Origin: Clostridia bacterium
GTDB taxonomy: Bacteria > Bacillota > Clostridia > UMGS1883
Reading direction: 5' to 3'
DNA length: 64,000 nt
Assembly: GCA_045661145.1 (NCBI GenBank)
Contig: JAZRFC010000048.1
Location: forward strand, 2,071-66,070
The notes under the pieces are model-generated. The model ran no database searches, had not been told where the DNA came from, and saw only the letters and a program-made list of their open reading frames with translations. Position numbers and translations under genes: made by a program. Shown piece by piece: positions 26,874 through 36,204 of the stretch; the stretch's first letter is position 1, and every line of letters starts with the position of its first letter.

Positions 26874-27284
26874 TTATTTTACTGTAACTGTGGATGTTGC
26901 TTCGTCGAAACTTACCTCTACGCCGAATGCTTTTGCAATAACATCGCCTGTTACGAAAGTTCTGTCAATTACCAAAACGGGAGCAACCTGAGCATTTATA
27001 ACCTCATTAGAAGTAAAGATGCTTGAGTTTCCTATCTGCAGAGTTGTCACAACGTCACCAAGAGCTGTAAATACAGTCTTTGTATCTCCGTCCCATGCAA
27101 CTGTTGCACCAAGTTTTTCTGCAACGAAGCGGTAAGGAATCATAACATTTTCGCCCTCCATATAAGGCTGGCGGTCAAATGTAACAACCTCATCGTTTAC
27201 CTTTACCGTAATGTCTGCGGCAAATGCTGCAGTAGCACCGAATACTGTAATAAGTGCTATAAGTACTGCCAAAATCTTTTTCAT
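26874..27284 (-). CDS. Secreted protein with a copper-amine-oxidase N-terminal-like (stalk) domain
   Basis: Signal peptide MKKILAVLIALITVFGATAAFA, followed by VKVNDEVVTFDRQPYMEGENVMIPYRFVAEKLGATVAWDGDTKTV. Confidence 0.7.
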   Translation of the reverse strand: MKKILAVLIALITVFGATAAFAADITVKVNDEVVTFDRQPYMEGENVMIPYRFVAEKLGATVAWDGDTKTVFTALGDVVTTLQIGNSSIFTSNEVINAQVAPVLVIDRTFVTGDVIAKAFGVEVSFDEATSTVTVK

Positions 27285-27320
27285 GAAAATCTCTCCTTTT
27301 GTTTTTATATATTTAAATAA

Positions 27321-29039
27321 TTAATTTAAATCAATCTCATAGAAAACCCGTCCAGAGGGCGTGTTTGTGTACCACATTACCTTGCCGTCAATCTGGGTAG
27401 GCTGACAATCTGCTGAAAGATAACCCTCTGCAGCTTTTGCCTCGCCCAAAAGGTTTCCGTTTTTGTCTAAAAATGCATAGCAGAAAATATTGCTTGTATT
27501 TGACCTTTCGTCAAATCTTTGCCATAACACCATAAATTTGCCGCTTTCAAGCTTTACAAGATAGGGTACAGATGCCGTCTTTCCCTCTCCGGAGTAGTAG
27601 GTGAGGACTGTCTTTTTTGTTTCCTTGCTGTCCTTGTCGGTTGACAGTATGACAATATCTCTTTCCTCGGAATTTATGCCCTCAATTGCCGTATCGGAAT
27701 AATCCGTAGCAAGAGAATGGTCAATAGAACTCAGTGCCGTAATATATGAATTGCCCGAAATCCCGAAACCGCCCGGCATTGCACCTGTACAGTTTGCGGA
27801 AGCAGGTCCCGGAACCTTGAATATACTTTTTGTTGAAAGAAGCTTTCCGTCAAGGTCCATTTCGTGGATAAATGCACCTCTCACGGGATTTGCATCAGAG
27901 TAGTTAAGAGTGACAATTTTATCTCTGTCAAAATCTGCATACCCTTTAAGGGCATGGCTTGTGTGGTTAGGCTGGAACTTGTCAAGGGAGTTTACAACAG
28001 TCCAACTGCTTTTATCTATAACTACTGTAAGCTGTGTCTGGGGATTTGTGCCGTTTTCTTCCTTGTATTGGCTTCTTGCCGTGTGAAGAACAAGAAGATT
28101 GCCGTTTTCCGCCAATGAAACATTGGAAGCATCGAAAGGAACAGAAGTCTTACAGTCCTTTATGGGAATGTCCTTGACCTTTTTGAATTTCTTGTCGTAA
28201 ACGGATATGTTTATAACCGCAAGAGTGTCACTCTCTTTCTGATTTTCCTGACCGCATACCACATAGTTGTATTCAAGTCCTGCCAGAAAACCACCGAAAA
28301 TGGGGTAATCAAGCTTAATTTTCTGGGAAGAGATGTGTTTGAAATCACTGTCATACTGTTCAATATTCAGTCCGCCCGAAAATTCGATTGTGCTGTATGT
28401 CCCGTCTTCGTTTTGCACAAGATAACTTTTTTGAGATCTTCCCCAACGAACCATCGTGTCACCTTTTGAGATGATGCTTTCATTTGCAGGAAGCTTGGCA
28501 GTGGTTTGCTTGCTGAACGCTTCACCCTTTGCCTCGTCTTTCTGCCTGAAAATATCAACTGCACGGGTGTCCTCGTTAAATGTGTACCGACCGTAAAGTG
28601 TTGCAAGGTCAGTTGCATAAATACAGGTGAATCCGCCTATATTAAAGCTTTCTAATTTTTTCCCCTGATAGAAAGTTTCAATATCCGTGTAAAGAACATC
28701 CATAATCGGAGTTCCGATAGGTGCAGAGGATTCGTTGTCGGCAAAGTGGAAATAATCCCTCTCGCCGCCTTTACCCTCGGAAATTGAAAGAGTGCGGGTA
28801 GTATCGTCATACCAGACCTCAAAGGGAAGTTCCATTGCGTTGAGGTTTTCTACAACAACGGCTGTACGGCCTGCAATATTGAAAGAGGGCACCTTTACCC
28901 CCTCGATATATGTCACAATATCCGTGGACAAAACATCGCCTGTTTTATCGCCTACGTTTGCGGAAAAAGCACACGGCACAGCCGAAAAAACTGCAATCGC
29001 AAGAAAGGCACAGGTAAATTTTTTAATTGTGTTTTTCAT
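27321..29039 (-). CDS. Secreted hypothetical protein with two N-terminal repeat modules
   Basis: 572 aa with a signal peptide. Repeats DVLSTDIVTYIEGVKVPSFNIAGRTAVVVENL... and DVLYTDIETFYQGKKLESFNIGGFTCIYATDL... are followed by ~400 aa of uncharacterised sequence. Confidence 0.6.
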   Translation of the reverse strand: MKNTIKKFTCAFLAIAVFSAVPCAFSANVGDKTGDVLSTDIVTYIEGVKVPSFNIAGRTAVVVENLNAMELPFEVWYDDTTRTLSISEGKGGERDYFHFADNESSAPIGTPIMDVLYTDIETFYQGKKLESFNIGGFTCIYATDLATLYGRYTFNEDTRAVDIFRQKDEAKGEAFSKQTTAKLPANESIISKGDTMVRWGRSQKSYLVQNEDGTYSTIEFSGGLNIEQYDSDFKHISSQKIKLDYPIFGGFLAGLEYNYVVCGQENQKESDTLAVINISVYDKKFKKVKDIPIKDCKTSVPFDASNVSLAENGNLLVLHTARSQYKEENGTNPQTQLTVVIDKSSWTVVNSLDKFQPNHTSHALKGYADFDRDKIVTLNYSDANPVRGAFIHEMDLDGKLLSTKSIFKVPGPASANCTGAMPGGFGISGNSYITALSSIDHSLATDYSDTAIEGINSEERDIVILSTDKDSKETKKTVLTYYSGEGKTASVPYLVKLESGKFMVLWQRFDERSNTSNIFCYAFLDKNGNLLGEAKAAEGYLSADCQPTQIDGKVMWYTNTPSGRVFYEIDLN

Positions 29040-29124
29040 AATAAACCTCCAAATAAAGGCTAACTCTAGTTATTATAGCACATAAAGTACATTTCTTCAA
29101 GTGGTTTTCAGTGATTTTATCTGC

Positions 29125-29153
29125 TTGACTTATGAATATAAAAATGGTAAAAT
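29125..29153 (+). promoter_or_regulatory. Sigma-A type promoter of thyA-folA
   Basis: TTGACT (29125-29130), 17 nt spacer, then TG-n-TAAAAT (29148-29153). Confidence 0.6.
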
Positions 29154-29181
29154 TAACAGGTACGAAAGCGAGGTAGCAGTT

Positions 29182-30012
29182 ATGAGCTATGCTGATATTG
29201 TTTTTAAGAAAAATTGCGAGGAAATATTAAACCACGGATACTCTGATGAATTGCTGGATGTCCGCCCCGTGTGGGAGGATGGAGTGAAGGCACATACGGT
29301 TAAAAAATTCTGTATTGTAAACCGCTACGATTTGCAAAAGGAGTTTCCCGTAATCACCCTCCGCAAGACCAATCTTTCTGCCGCAGTTGATGAGCTTTTG
29401 TGGATATGGCAGAAAAAGAGTAATAATATTAAAGATTTGGGAAGCCATATCTGGGATTCGTGGGCAGATGAACACGGCACTATCGGTAAGGCATACGGCT
29501 ATCAGCTGGGTGTTAAGCATCAGTATAAAGAGGGCGAGTTTGACCAGGTTGACAGAGTGCTCTTTGACCTTAAAAACAATCCACAGAGCCGCAGAATTAT
29601 GACAAATATCTACAACCATCAGGACCTTAATGAGATGGGGCTGTACCCTTGTGCATATTCTATGACCTTTAATGTAAGCGGAGATACGCTTAATGCAATT
29701 CTCAATCAGCGTTCACAGGATATGCTCACGGCAAACAATTGGAATGTGTGCCAATATGCAGTGCTTGTCCATATGATGGCACAGGTATCAGGACTTAAGG
29801 TAGGCGAGCTTGTTCACGTAATTGCCGATGCCCATATCTATGACAGACATATTCCTCTCGTGGAGGAAATTCTTTCCAAAACCCCTTACGATGCTCCAGA
29901 ATTTGTAATGGATAAATCCATTGACGATTTCTATAAATTTACGGTAGACAGCTTCAAATTTGAGAACTACAATTTCCACACTTTAGGTAAAAAAATCCCC
30001 GTGGCTATATAA
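29182..30012 (+). CDS. thyA: Thymidylate synthase (ThyA, B. subtilis ThyA-like)
   Basis: Internal ATG start. ELLWIWQKKSNN, RRIMTNIYN, the catalytic-Cys region LYPCAYSMTF and DAHIYDRH are present. Confidence 0.93.
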   Translation: MSYADIVFKKNCEEILNHGYSDELLDVRPVWEDGVKAHTVKKFCIVNRYDLQKEFPVITLRKTNLSAAVDELLWIWQKKSNNIKDLGSHIWDSWADEHGTIGKAYGYQLGVKHQYKEGEFDQVDRVLFDLKNNPQSRRIMTNIYNHQDLNEMGLYPCAYSMTFNVSGDTLNAILNQRSQDMLTANNWNVCQYAVLVHMMAQVSGLKVGELVHVIADAHIYDRHIPLVEEILSKTPYDAPEFVMDKSIDDFYKFTVDSFKFENYNFHTLGKKIPVAI

Positions 30013-30030
30013 AAGATTGGAGCAAATACT

Positions 30031-30519
30031 ATGAAAATGATTGTTTGTGTTGCCGAGGATTTAGGCATCGGAAATAATGGCGACCTTCTTTTTTCTCTTC
30101 CTCCCGATATGAAATTTTTCCGTGGAACCACCATGGGAAAAGTTGTTATTATGGGGAGAGGCACTCTTGATTCTTTCCCAGGTGGAAAACCTCTCAAGAA
30201 CAGAACGAACATTGTCCTTACAAGGGACAAGGATTTTTCAAGAGAAGGTGCCGTTGTTCTTCATTCCAGAGAAGAAATTCTGGATTATGTAAAACAGTTT
30301 GACACCGATGATGTCTTTGTTATCGGCGGAGGGCAGATTTACGGAATGTTTAAGGATGTGTGCGATGAAGCACTTATTACAAAAGTCAGAAAAAGTGTTA
30401 CTGCAGATACATTCTTCTTTGATATTGACAGTGACAGTGAATGGTACCTTTCCTCTGAAAGCGAGGTTATGGAGCACGAAGGACTTTCTTTCAGCTTCTG
30501 TAGTTATAAACGGAAATAA
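30031..30519 (+). CDS. folA: Dihydrofolate reductase
   Basis: 162 aa reading MIVCVAEDLGIGNNGDLLF..., with IMGRGTLDS and VIGGGQIY. It is adjacent to thyA. Confidence 0.9.
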   Translation: MKMIVCVAEDLGIGNNGDLLFSLPPDMKFFRGTTMGKVVIMGRGTLDSFPGGKPLKNRTNIVLTRDKDFSREGAVVLHSREEILDYVKQFDTDDVFVIGGGQIYGMFKDVCDEALITKVRKSVTADTFFFDIDSDSEWYLSSESEVMEHEGLSFSFCSYKRK

Positions 30520-30543
30520 TAACCTTTGAAAGGCGGTTTGATT

Positions 30544-30768
30544 ATGTTTTGTCCCAAATGCGGGAAAATAAATCCCGACAACCACGATTTGTGCAGCAAC
30601 TGCGGTGCAGTGCTTCGCGAGGGGAGAGATAAAACTCCCAAGAAAAGAGATGGAATTGTAAAAGCTATTCTCACTATTTTATTGGCGATTGCAGTTATTG
30701 CTGCATTCGCAGTGTTGCTTAACGGCTGTGACCCCGGAAACATTATGCAGGATAATGTTACTTTCTAA
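30544..30768 (+). CDS. Zinc-ribbon membrane protein (74 aa)
   Basis: MFCPKCGKINPDNHDLCSNCGAVL is followed by one TM helix. Confidence 0.6.
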   Translation: MFCPKCGKINPDNHDLCSNCGAVLREGRDKTPKKRDGIVKAILTILLAIAVIAAFAVLLNGCDPGNIMQDNVTF

Positions 30769-30813
30769 GTCTATCCTCGTATTGTATGAAAACATAACTG
30801 AGTAGGTGTAACT

Positions 30814-32853
30814 TTGGAACGACATAAGAAAAGCGGGAAATTTTTTGCTTTTTTAAAAAACTCATTAGACAATCACCCTATATTGTTTTTTGCCGGACTT
30901 AGCATTTTTGAAAATCTCTTTGTTGAAAGCTTAAGCAGGCATTCTCTTTTTAAAGGCTTGTATCATATGATAACAAGCCCTGTTGTGTTTTTCTACAATT
31001 CCCTGATAATAATGCTTGTGCTGTCCTTTGCCCTGCTTTTCAGACGACGGGTTTTCGGTCTGGTGATGCTCTCTGTTCCGTGGGCAGTATGCGGTATAGC
31101 AAATGCCGCCGTGCTTGCATTCAGGGTAACGCCCATCGGTGCAATTGACTTTCAGATTATGAGGCTTAGTCTGATGCTCATGTATCTTAACAATTGGCAG
31201 AGAGTTTTGCTTTACAGTGTGGTGGGAATTTTTCTTCTGTCAATGATTGCCTTGTGGATTGTAGGGCCGAAAATCAGCGGAAAAATGAACTACGGAAAAA
31301 AGCTTGCCTCAATTGCAGGTATAGGGGTGGCACTTGCAGTGGTTTCGTTTGTGTCCCACAGCATATTTGCCATAGGAACTGATTTTGAAAATATGGCAGG
31401 TGCATATGAAAACTACGGCTTTGTCTACTGCTTTTCCACAAGTGTGCTGGATACGGGTATAGATGAACCGATAGATTATGATAAAGGACAAATGGACGGT
31501 ATACTGTCACTGCTTCCAAAAACTAATGGTACGGTAAACAAGGAAAAGCCTGACGTAATACTGATTCAGATGGAATCCTTTTTTGATACAAGAACCATTA
31601 AGGGACTATCATTCTCCAAAAATCCTGTTCCCGTGCATACATATTTAAAAGAAAACTTTTCTTCGGGATTTATGGAGGTACCGTCATTCGGCGGAGGAAC
31701 AGCCAATACAGAATTTGAAGTTCTGACGGGAATTAATCTTGACAGATTCGGACCTGGTGAATACCCTTATAAAACGGTTTTGCTGAAAGAAACCTGTGAA
31801 ACAATGGCGTATAACTTAAAGGAAAACGGTTACAGCACCCACGCAATTCACAACCACACGGGTGATTTTTACGGCCGTGATAAGGTGTACCCGATGATGG
31901 GGTTTGACAGCTTTCAGTCGATAGAGTATATGAATGACTATGAAACCACCCCCTACGGATGGTGCAAGGACAAGGCTCTTACGAAAGAGATTATGACGGC
32001 ACTCACCTATAAGGACAAGAAAAACAATATAAATTCCAAGACTCCCCGTTTTGTGTGGACTGTTTCCGTGCAGGGACACGGGGCGTATCCGTCAGAGCCT
32101 ATTGAGGGAGAAGCAAACAGCATTAAAATCAAGAGCGATAAGTTTGACGAGAAAGATAAGTGTGCAATTGAGTACTATGTACAGCAGGCATGGGAAATGG
32201 ATATGTTCCTCGGAAACCTTATTTCCGAATTGGAAAAAAGGGATAAGCCCACTCTGCTTATTGCATACGGCGACCACTTGCCATCGCTTAATATCAAGGA
32301 CGAGGACCTTACCACGGGAAGCGTATATATGACGGAATATGTAACGTGGAATAATTTCGGGCTGAAAAAATCCGATAAAAATGTTAAAACATACGAGCTT
32401 TCTGCAGAGATTATGAGCTGGCTCGGTTTTAATAACGGAAACATAACAAAACTGCACCAATACCATTCCTCGGGAAAAAGCAAGCTTTCCGAGGAGGAAT
32501 ATCAGAAGGGCATTACGTTTCTTGCGTATGATATGCTCTATGGAGAGAATTTGCAGTTTGGCGGAAATAAGCCGTACATAAAACAGAATATGCGAATGGG
32601 AACGTTACCCGTAAGTGTGACCGGTGCGGAGGTTCTGGACGGATGCTTGTACATTCATGGAAAAGGCTTTACGGCAAAGAGCAAAATTTTCGTAAACGGA
32701 GAGAAAATCTCTACACAAATGATAAGTGAGCATAGCCTCATGGCGGATGATACAGAGCTTCAGGCAGGGGACATAATAACAGTAGGGCAGACCGACAGTA
32801 AGAGGGATGTTCTGAGTTATTCTGACCCGATAACATATACTCCGAAAGAGTAA
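30814..32853 (+). CDS. LTA synthase family (sulfatase-domain) membrane protein
   Basis: 679 aa with an N-terminal multi-TM domain and an extracellular sulfatase-like domain (IQMESFFD, FGGGTANTEFEVLTG). The TTG start is uncertain. Confidence 0.8.
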   Translation: MERHKKSGKFFAFLKNSLDNHPILFFAGLSIFENLFVESLSRHSLFKGLYHMITSPVVFFYNSLIIMLVLSFALLFRRRVFGLVMLSVPWAVCGIANAAVLAFRVTPIGAIDFQIMRLSLMLMYLNNWQRVLLYSVVGIFLLSMIALWIVGPKISGKMNYGKKLASIAGIGVALAVVSFVSHSIFAIGTDFENMAGAYENYGFVYCFSTSVLDTGIDEPIDYDKGQMDGILSLLPKTNGTVNKEKPDVILIQMESFFDTRTIKGLSFSKNPVPVHTYLKENFSSGFMEVPSFGGGTANTEFEVLTGINLDRFGPGEYPYKTVLLKETCETMAYNLKENGYSTHAIHNHTGDFYGRDKVYPMMGFDSFQSIEYMNDYETTPYGWCKDKALTKEIMTALTYKDKKNNINSKTPRFVWTVSVQGHGAYPSEPIEGEANSIKIKSDKFDEKDKCAIEYYVQQAWEMDMFLGNLISELEKRDKPTLLIAYGDHLPSLNIKDEDLTTGSVYMTEYVTWNNFGLKKSDKNVKTYELSAEIMSWLGFNNGNITKLHQYHSSGKSKLSEEEYQKGITFLAYDMLYGENLQFGGNKPYIKQNMRMGTLPVSVTGAEVLDGCLYIHGKGFTAKSKIFVNGEKISTQMISEHSLMADDTELQAGDIITVGQTDSKRDVLSYSDPITYTPKE

Positions 32854-32865
32854 TAAACAGAAAAA

Positions 32866-32898
32866 GCGGACAAATTTCAAAAGCATTTGTCCGCTTTT
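32866..32898 (+). terminator. Intrinsic terminator of the LtaS-family gene
   Basis: GCGGACAAAT...ATTTGTCCGC followed by TTTT. Confidence 0.8.
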
Positions 32899-32918
32899 AA
32901 AATTTTTCAAAATTTTAC

Positions 32919-32947
32919 TTGACATTCTTATAATCATTAGTTATAAT
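32919..32947 (+). promoter_or_regulatory. Sigma-A type promoter of tRNA-Pro
   Basis: TTGACA (32919-32924), 17 nt spacer, TATAAT (32942-32947). The tRNA starts 16 nt downstream. Confidence 0.75.
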
Positions 32948-32962
32948 AGTCGAGTAGCATAT

Positions 32963-33039
32963 CTGGGTGTAGCGCAGTTTGGTAGCGTGCTTGAATGGGG
33001 TTCAAGAGGCCGGGAGTTCAAGTCTCCCCACTCAGACCA
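32963..33039 (+). tRNA. tRNA-Pro (anticodon GGG)
   Basis: A 77 nt cloverleaf was folded by hand. Acceptor CTGGGTG/CACTCAG has the bacterial tRNA-Pro C1:G72 pair and A73. Anticodon loop is AT-GGG-GT, T-arm is GGGAG-TTCAAGT-CTCCC, and CCA is encoded. Confidence 0.9.
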
Positions 33040-33047
33040 AAAACAGA

Positions 33048-33076
33048 AACCATATCCTTTTGGATATGGTTTTTTG
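33048..33076 (+). terminator. Intrinsic terminator after tRNA-Pro
   Basis: ACCATATCC-TTTT-GGATATGGT followed by TTTTT. Confidence 0.85.
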
Positions 33077-33097
33077 TTTTTGTCGGGGAGACTTGAA

Positions 33098-33128
33098 GAA
33101 AAAGACTTCACGAAAGTGAAGCCTTTTT
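33098..33128 (+). repeat. GAAA-tetraloop hairpin, copy 1 of a repeated terminator-like element
   Basis: AAAGACTTCACGAAAGTGAAG (33101-33121) is identical to 63512-63532 and is followed by a T-run. Confidence 0.7.
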
Positions 33129-33289
33129 GCTTTCTATCTTACGACTCGCTATCTGTTTTAAAGTCCCTTTGGGACACCAAGCGGGGAGCTTACCGCCAGC
33201 CCACTTATCAATAATTAAATATTTCATCATTTGTGTGTATAGCAGTCAGTAAGATTATTTATATATTATCACATAAAAAGTAAAAAGTC

Positions 33290-33323
33290 AATCCGTAAAA
33301 CATATTTATATGTTTTACGGATT
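33290..33323. promoter_or_regulatory. Perfect 16 bp inverted repeat; candidate operator just upstream of the XRE gene
   Basis: AATCCGTAAAACATAT-TT-ATATGTTTTACGGATT ends 11 nt before the ATG at 33335. Confidence 0.45.
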
Positions 33324-33334
33324 GTTTGAAATCA

Positions 33335-33718
33335 ATGTATGAGAGGGTAAACTATACTTGTGAAGTTGATTTTGGAAGTGATAATGTGGAATTAAGCTAT
33401 TATGATATGATTCTTGCAGGAAAAAGAATACAACAAGCACGAAAAGCAATGGGTTATACTCAAGAGAGTCTGGCAGAACTGATAACTATGAATCCCAAGA
33501 ATGTAAGTCGATTGGAAAATGGTACAATGGGTTTATCTCTCTCAACTCTTGTTGCTTTAAGCCGTGTATTGGAGGTTTCTACCGATTATATTCTGTTTGG
33601 AAATGATGGCGGAAAGCTCAATAACACAGCAACTTTGCTATTGTCAAAACTTCCCGAGGAAAAACAAATTCAGGCAGAAAAGGTGCTTCAGGCATTTGTC
33701 GACGCGTACGAAGAATAA
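33335..33718 (+). CDS. XRE-family HTH transcriptional regulator
   Basis: HTH reads RIQQARKAMGYTQESLAELITMNPKNVSRLENGTMGLSLSTLVALSRVLEVSTDYIL. The start is uncertain (TTG 33326, ATG 33335 or an internal ATG). Confidence 0.75.
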   Translation: MYERVNYTCEVDFGSDNVELSYYDMILAGKRIQQARKAMGYTQESLAELITMNPKNVSRLENGTMGLSLSTLVALSRVLEVSTDYILFGNDGGKLNNTATLLLSKLPEEKQIQAEKVLQAFVDAYEE

Positions 33719-33720
33719 TA

Positions 33721-33759
33721 AAAAAGATACAAAAATCTTGGATTTTTGTATCTTTTTTT
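33721..33759 (+). terminator. Intrinsic terminator of the XRE gene
   Basis: AGATACAAAAATC-TTG-GATTTTTGTATCT followed by TTTTTT. Confidence 0.85.
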
Positions 33760-33821
33760 CCACTTGCAATAAATTTTTTATTATGTTACAATACTTTAGG
33801 CTGAAAAAGGAGTTGAGACCT

Positions 33822-34634
33822 ATGAAAAAGTTTGAAGGAATTCTTATTACCACAGACCTTGACGGTACTATTTTAAAAAATGACAAATCAGTTTCTCAAA
33901 AGAATCTTGATGCAATAGAATATTTTAAGGAAAACGGCGGTTTTTTCACTTTTGTAACAGGCAGACCTACATCCATTGTAGAAAGCATTTTTAATACGCT
34001 TCATCCGAATGCCCCCATTGGCTGTTATAACGGCGGAGGTATTTACGATGTGGAGAAGAAAGAGTATTTGTGGCAGGTGCCTCTGTCCCGTGATGCTCTC
34101 CAATTGGTAGAATATATTGACAAGGAATTTCCCGAGATGTCAATTCAGCTTTGCGGTTTTGAAAACTGTTACTTCTGCAAAACCAATGAATCTATGGAAA
34201 AGCATATTTTGTTGGGCGGTTTTCCCGACATCCGCTGTCATTATTCCGAGGTGGAGGAAACTCTTGCAAAGGTGCTTTTTGCAGATTTGTGCGAGGAAAA
34301 TCTCTTTAAGCTTGCAGATTTACTGAAAAATCACCCCATGGCAGATATGTTTGACTTTATCCGTTCAGACCCCGAGTATTACGAAATTCTTCCCAAAGGT
34401 GTAAGCAAGGGCGACCTTCTTATGAAGCTTGCCGACCTTCTGGGCGTAGACAGAAAAAATACCATTGCCGTAGGGGATAACGACAACGACGTATCCATGA
34501 TAAAGGTGGCAGGAGTCGGCTATGCCGTGGCAAATGGCAGCAAGGCGGCAAAGGACGCGGCAGATATTATAACTGTCAGCAACGAAGAGGATGCCATTGC
34601 AGAAATTATAGACGATTTGGATAAAAAAAGGTGA
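33822..34634 (+). CDS. Cof-type HAD-IIB family phosphatase
   Basis: Internal ATG start with an AAAGGAG RBS. DLDGT motif I, TGR and GDNDND motif IV are present. Confidence 0.88.
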   Translation: MKKFEGILITTDLDGTILKNDKSVSQKNLDAIEYFKENGGFFTFVTGRPTSIVESIFNTLHPNAPIGCYNGGGIYDVEKKEYLWQVPLSRDALQLVEYIDKEFPEMSIQLCGFENCYFCKTNESMEKHILLGGFPDIRCHYSEVEETLAKVLFADLCEENLFKLADLLKNHPMADMFDFIRSDPEYYEILPKGVSKGDLLMKLADLLGVDRKNTIAVGDNDNDVSMIKVAGVGYAVANGSKAAKDAADIITVSNEEDAIAEIIDDLDKKR

Positions 34635-34640
34635 TAAAAA

Positions 34641-36029
34641 ATGACTCAGAACACAAAAGAAAATAAAATGGGAACGCAGAAAATCAATTCATTGCTTCTT
34701 TCTATGGCAATTCCCATGATGATTTCAATGCTTGTACAGGCACTCTATAACATTGTGGACACAATGTTTGTATCAAGGCTGGGGCAGGATGCCCTGACGG
34801 CACTCTCCCTTGCATTTCCCGTGCAGAATTTTCTGATTGCCGTAGGCGTAGGTACGGGCGTGGGTGTAAACGCACTGCTTTCAAGGAGTCTTGGTGAAAA
34901 GAATGCTGAAAGGGCAAACCGTACTGCGGAAAACGGAATATTCCTTTTTATAATCAGCTCAATTGTTGTAATGCTTCTTGGAATTTTCTGTGTAAAGCCC
35001 TATTTTCAGTCATTCGGCACTACTGAAAACATTGCAGAGCTGGGTACAGATTACCTCAGCATATGTATGATATTTTCAATCGGTCTTTTCGGGCAGATAA
35101 TGTATGAAAAGCTTCTGCAATCAACGGGCAAAACTGCTTACAGTATGATTATTCAGCTTTTCGGTGCCGTTATTAACATAATACTTGACCCCATTATGAT
35201 TTTCGGTTATATGGGCTTTCCTGCTATGGGTGTAACGGGTGCGGCAATTGCCACCGTTACGGGACAGATAATTGCCCTTTTCGTGGGGATTTTTATAAAC
35301 AGAAGATTCAACCGTGAGATTTCCATATCTCTCAAAAATATTATAAAGCCCAGCGGAGAAATAATAAAAAGAATTTATTCCGTAGGCTTCCCGTCTATTT
35401 GTATGGCATCAATCGGCTCCGTGATGAATGTTGGAATAAATCAGATTATGCGTCTGTTTAGTGCAACAACCGCCGCAACGGGACAGGCTGTATTCGGTGT
35501 GTATTTCAAACTCCAGAGCTTTGTGTTTATGCCAATATTCGGACTTAACAACGGTATGGTGCCCATCGTTGCATACAATTTCGGTGCGAAAAACAAGGAA
35601 CGAATCAAAAAGACCATTCGCCTTGCAATTATTTATGCAACGGGAATTATGCTTGTTGGTTTTGCTCTCTTCCAGATTATTCCCGAGGCGCTCCTTCGAA
35701 TTTTTGATACGGGAACAGACGATATGAAAGCCATCATTGAAATCGGTACTCCCATGATGCGCCTTATTTCAATCAGCTTCCTTGCGGCAGGGTACTGCAT
35801 CGTGGCAGGCTCGGTTTTTCAGGCACTCGGCAGCGGATTTTTAAGTCTGTGGGTGTCAATCTGCAGACAGCTTGCAGTTTTGGTGCCTGTGGCATTTGTG
35901 CTTGCATATTTTACAAGGGATATAAATATTATGTGGCTTTCATTCCCCATTGCGGAGATTGCTTCCTTTGTCCTTTCTATGATTTTTATGAAACGAATTT
36001 ACAAAAAAGAAATAGATATAATTAAATAA
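34641..36029 (+). CDS. MATE-family efflux transporter
   Basis: 462 aa with 12 TM segments and the typical N-terminus (LLSMAIPMMISMLVQALYNIVDTMFVSRLGQDALTA). Confidence 0.9.
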   Translation: MTQNTKENKMGTQKINSLLLSMAIPMMISMLVQALYNIVDTMFVSRLGQDALTALSLAFPVQNFLIAVGVGTGVGVNALLSRSLGEKNAERANRTAENGIFLFIISSIVVMLLGIFCVKPYFQSFGTTENIAELGTDYLSICMIFSIGLFGQIMYEKLLQSTGKTAYSMIIQLFGAVINIILDPIMIFGYMGFPAMGVTGAAIATVTGQIIALFVGIFINRRFNREISISLKNIIKPSGEIIKRIYSVGFPSICMASIGSVMNVGINQIMRLFSATTAATGQAVFGVYFKLQSFVFMPIFGLNNGMVPIVAYNFGAKNKERIKKTIRLAIIYATGIMLVGFALFQIIPEALLRIFDTGTDDMKAIIEIGTPMMRLISISFLAAGYCIVAGSVFQALGSGFLSLWVSICRQLAVLVPVAFVLAYFTRDINIMWLSFPIAEIASFVLSMIFMKRIYKKEIDIIK

Positions 36030-36204
36030 AAATATGGGCGGTAAAATTACCGCCCATACTCTTATTATATAATAGTAAAATGCCCTTTGTAAATACTTTT
36101 TTGAAAGTATGAAAAAAATTCTCCCATTTGCATAAAAAAAGGTTTTTTGATTTTCGGAAAATGCCAATTGAAAACGGTCAAAAAAGCTGTTACACTTAAA
36201 TCAA

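Noticed and set aside
29040-29181. I looked for a THF riboswitch or T-box upstream of thyA-folA.
   Set aside because: The leader is short (about 25 nt after the predicted -10) and contains no conserved riboswitch elements.
32987-33214. A 75 aa ORF lies downstream of the LtaS-family gene.
   Set aside because: It starts inside tRNA-Pro and runs through two terminator hairpins, so it is not a gene.
36034-36057. A hairpin (ATGGGCGGTAA..TTACCGCCCAT) follows the MATE gene and could be its terminator.
   Set aside because: It has no U-run on the plus strand. It may still act as a weak or Rho-assisted stop, so it is not listed as a confident terminator.
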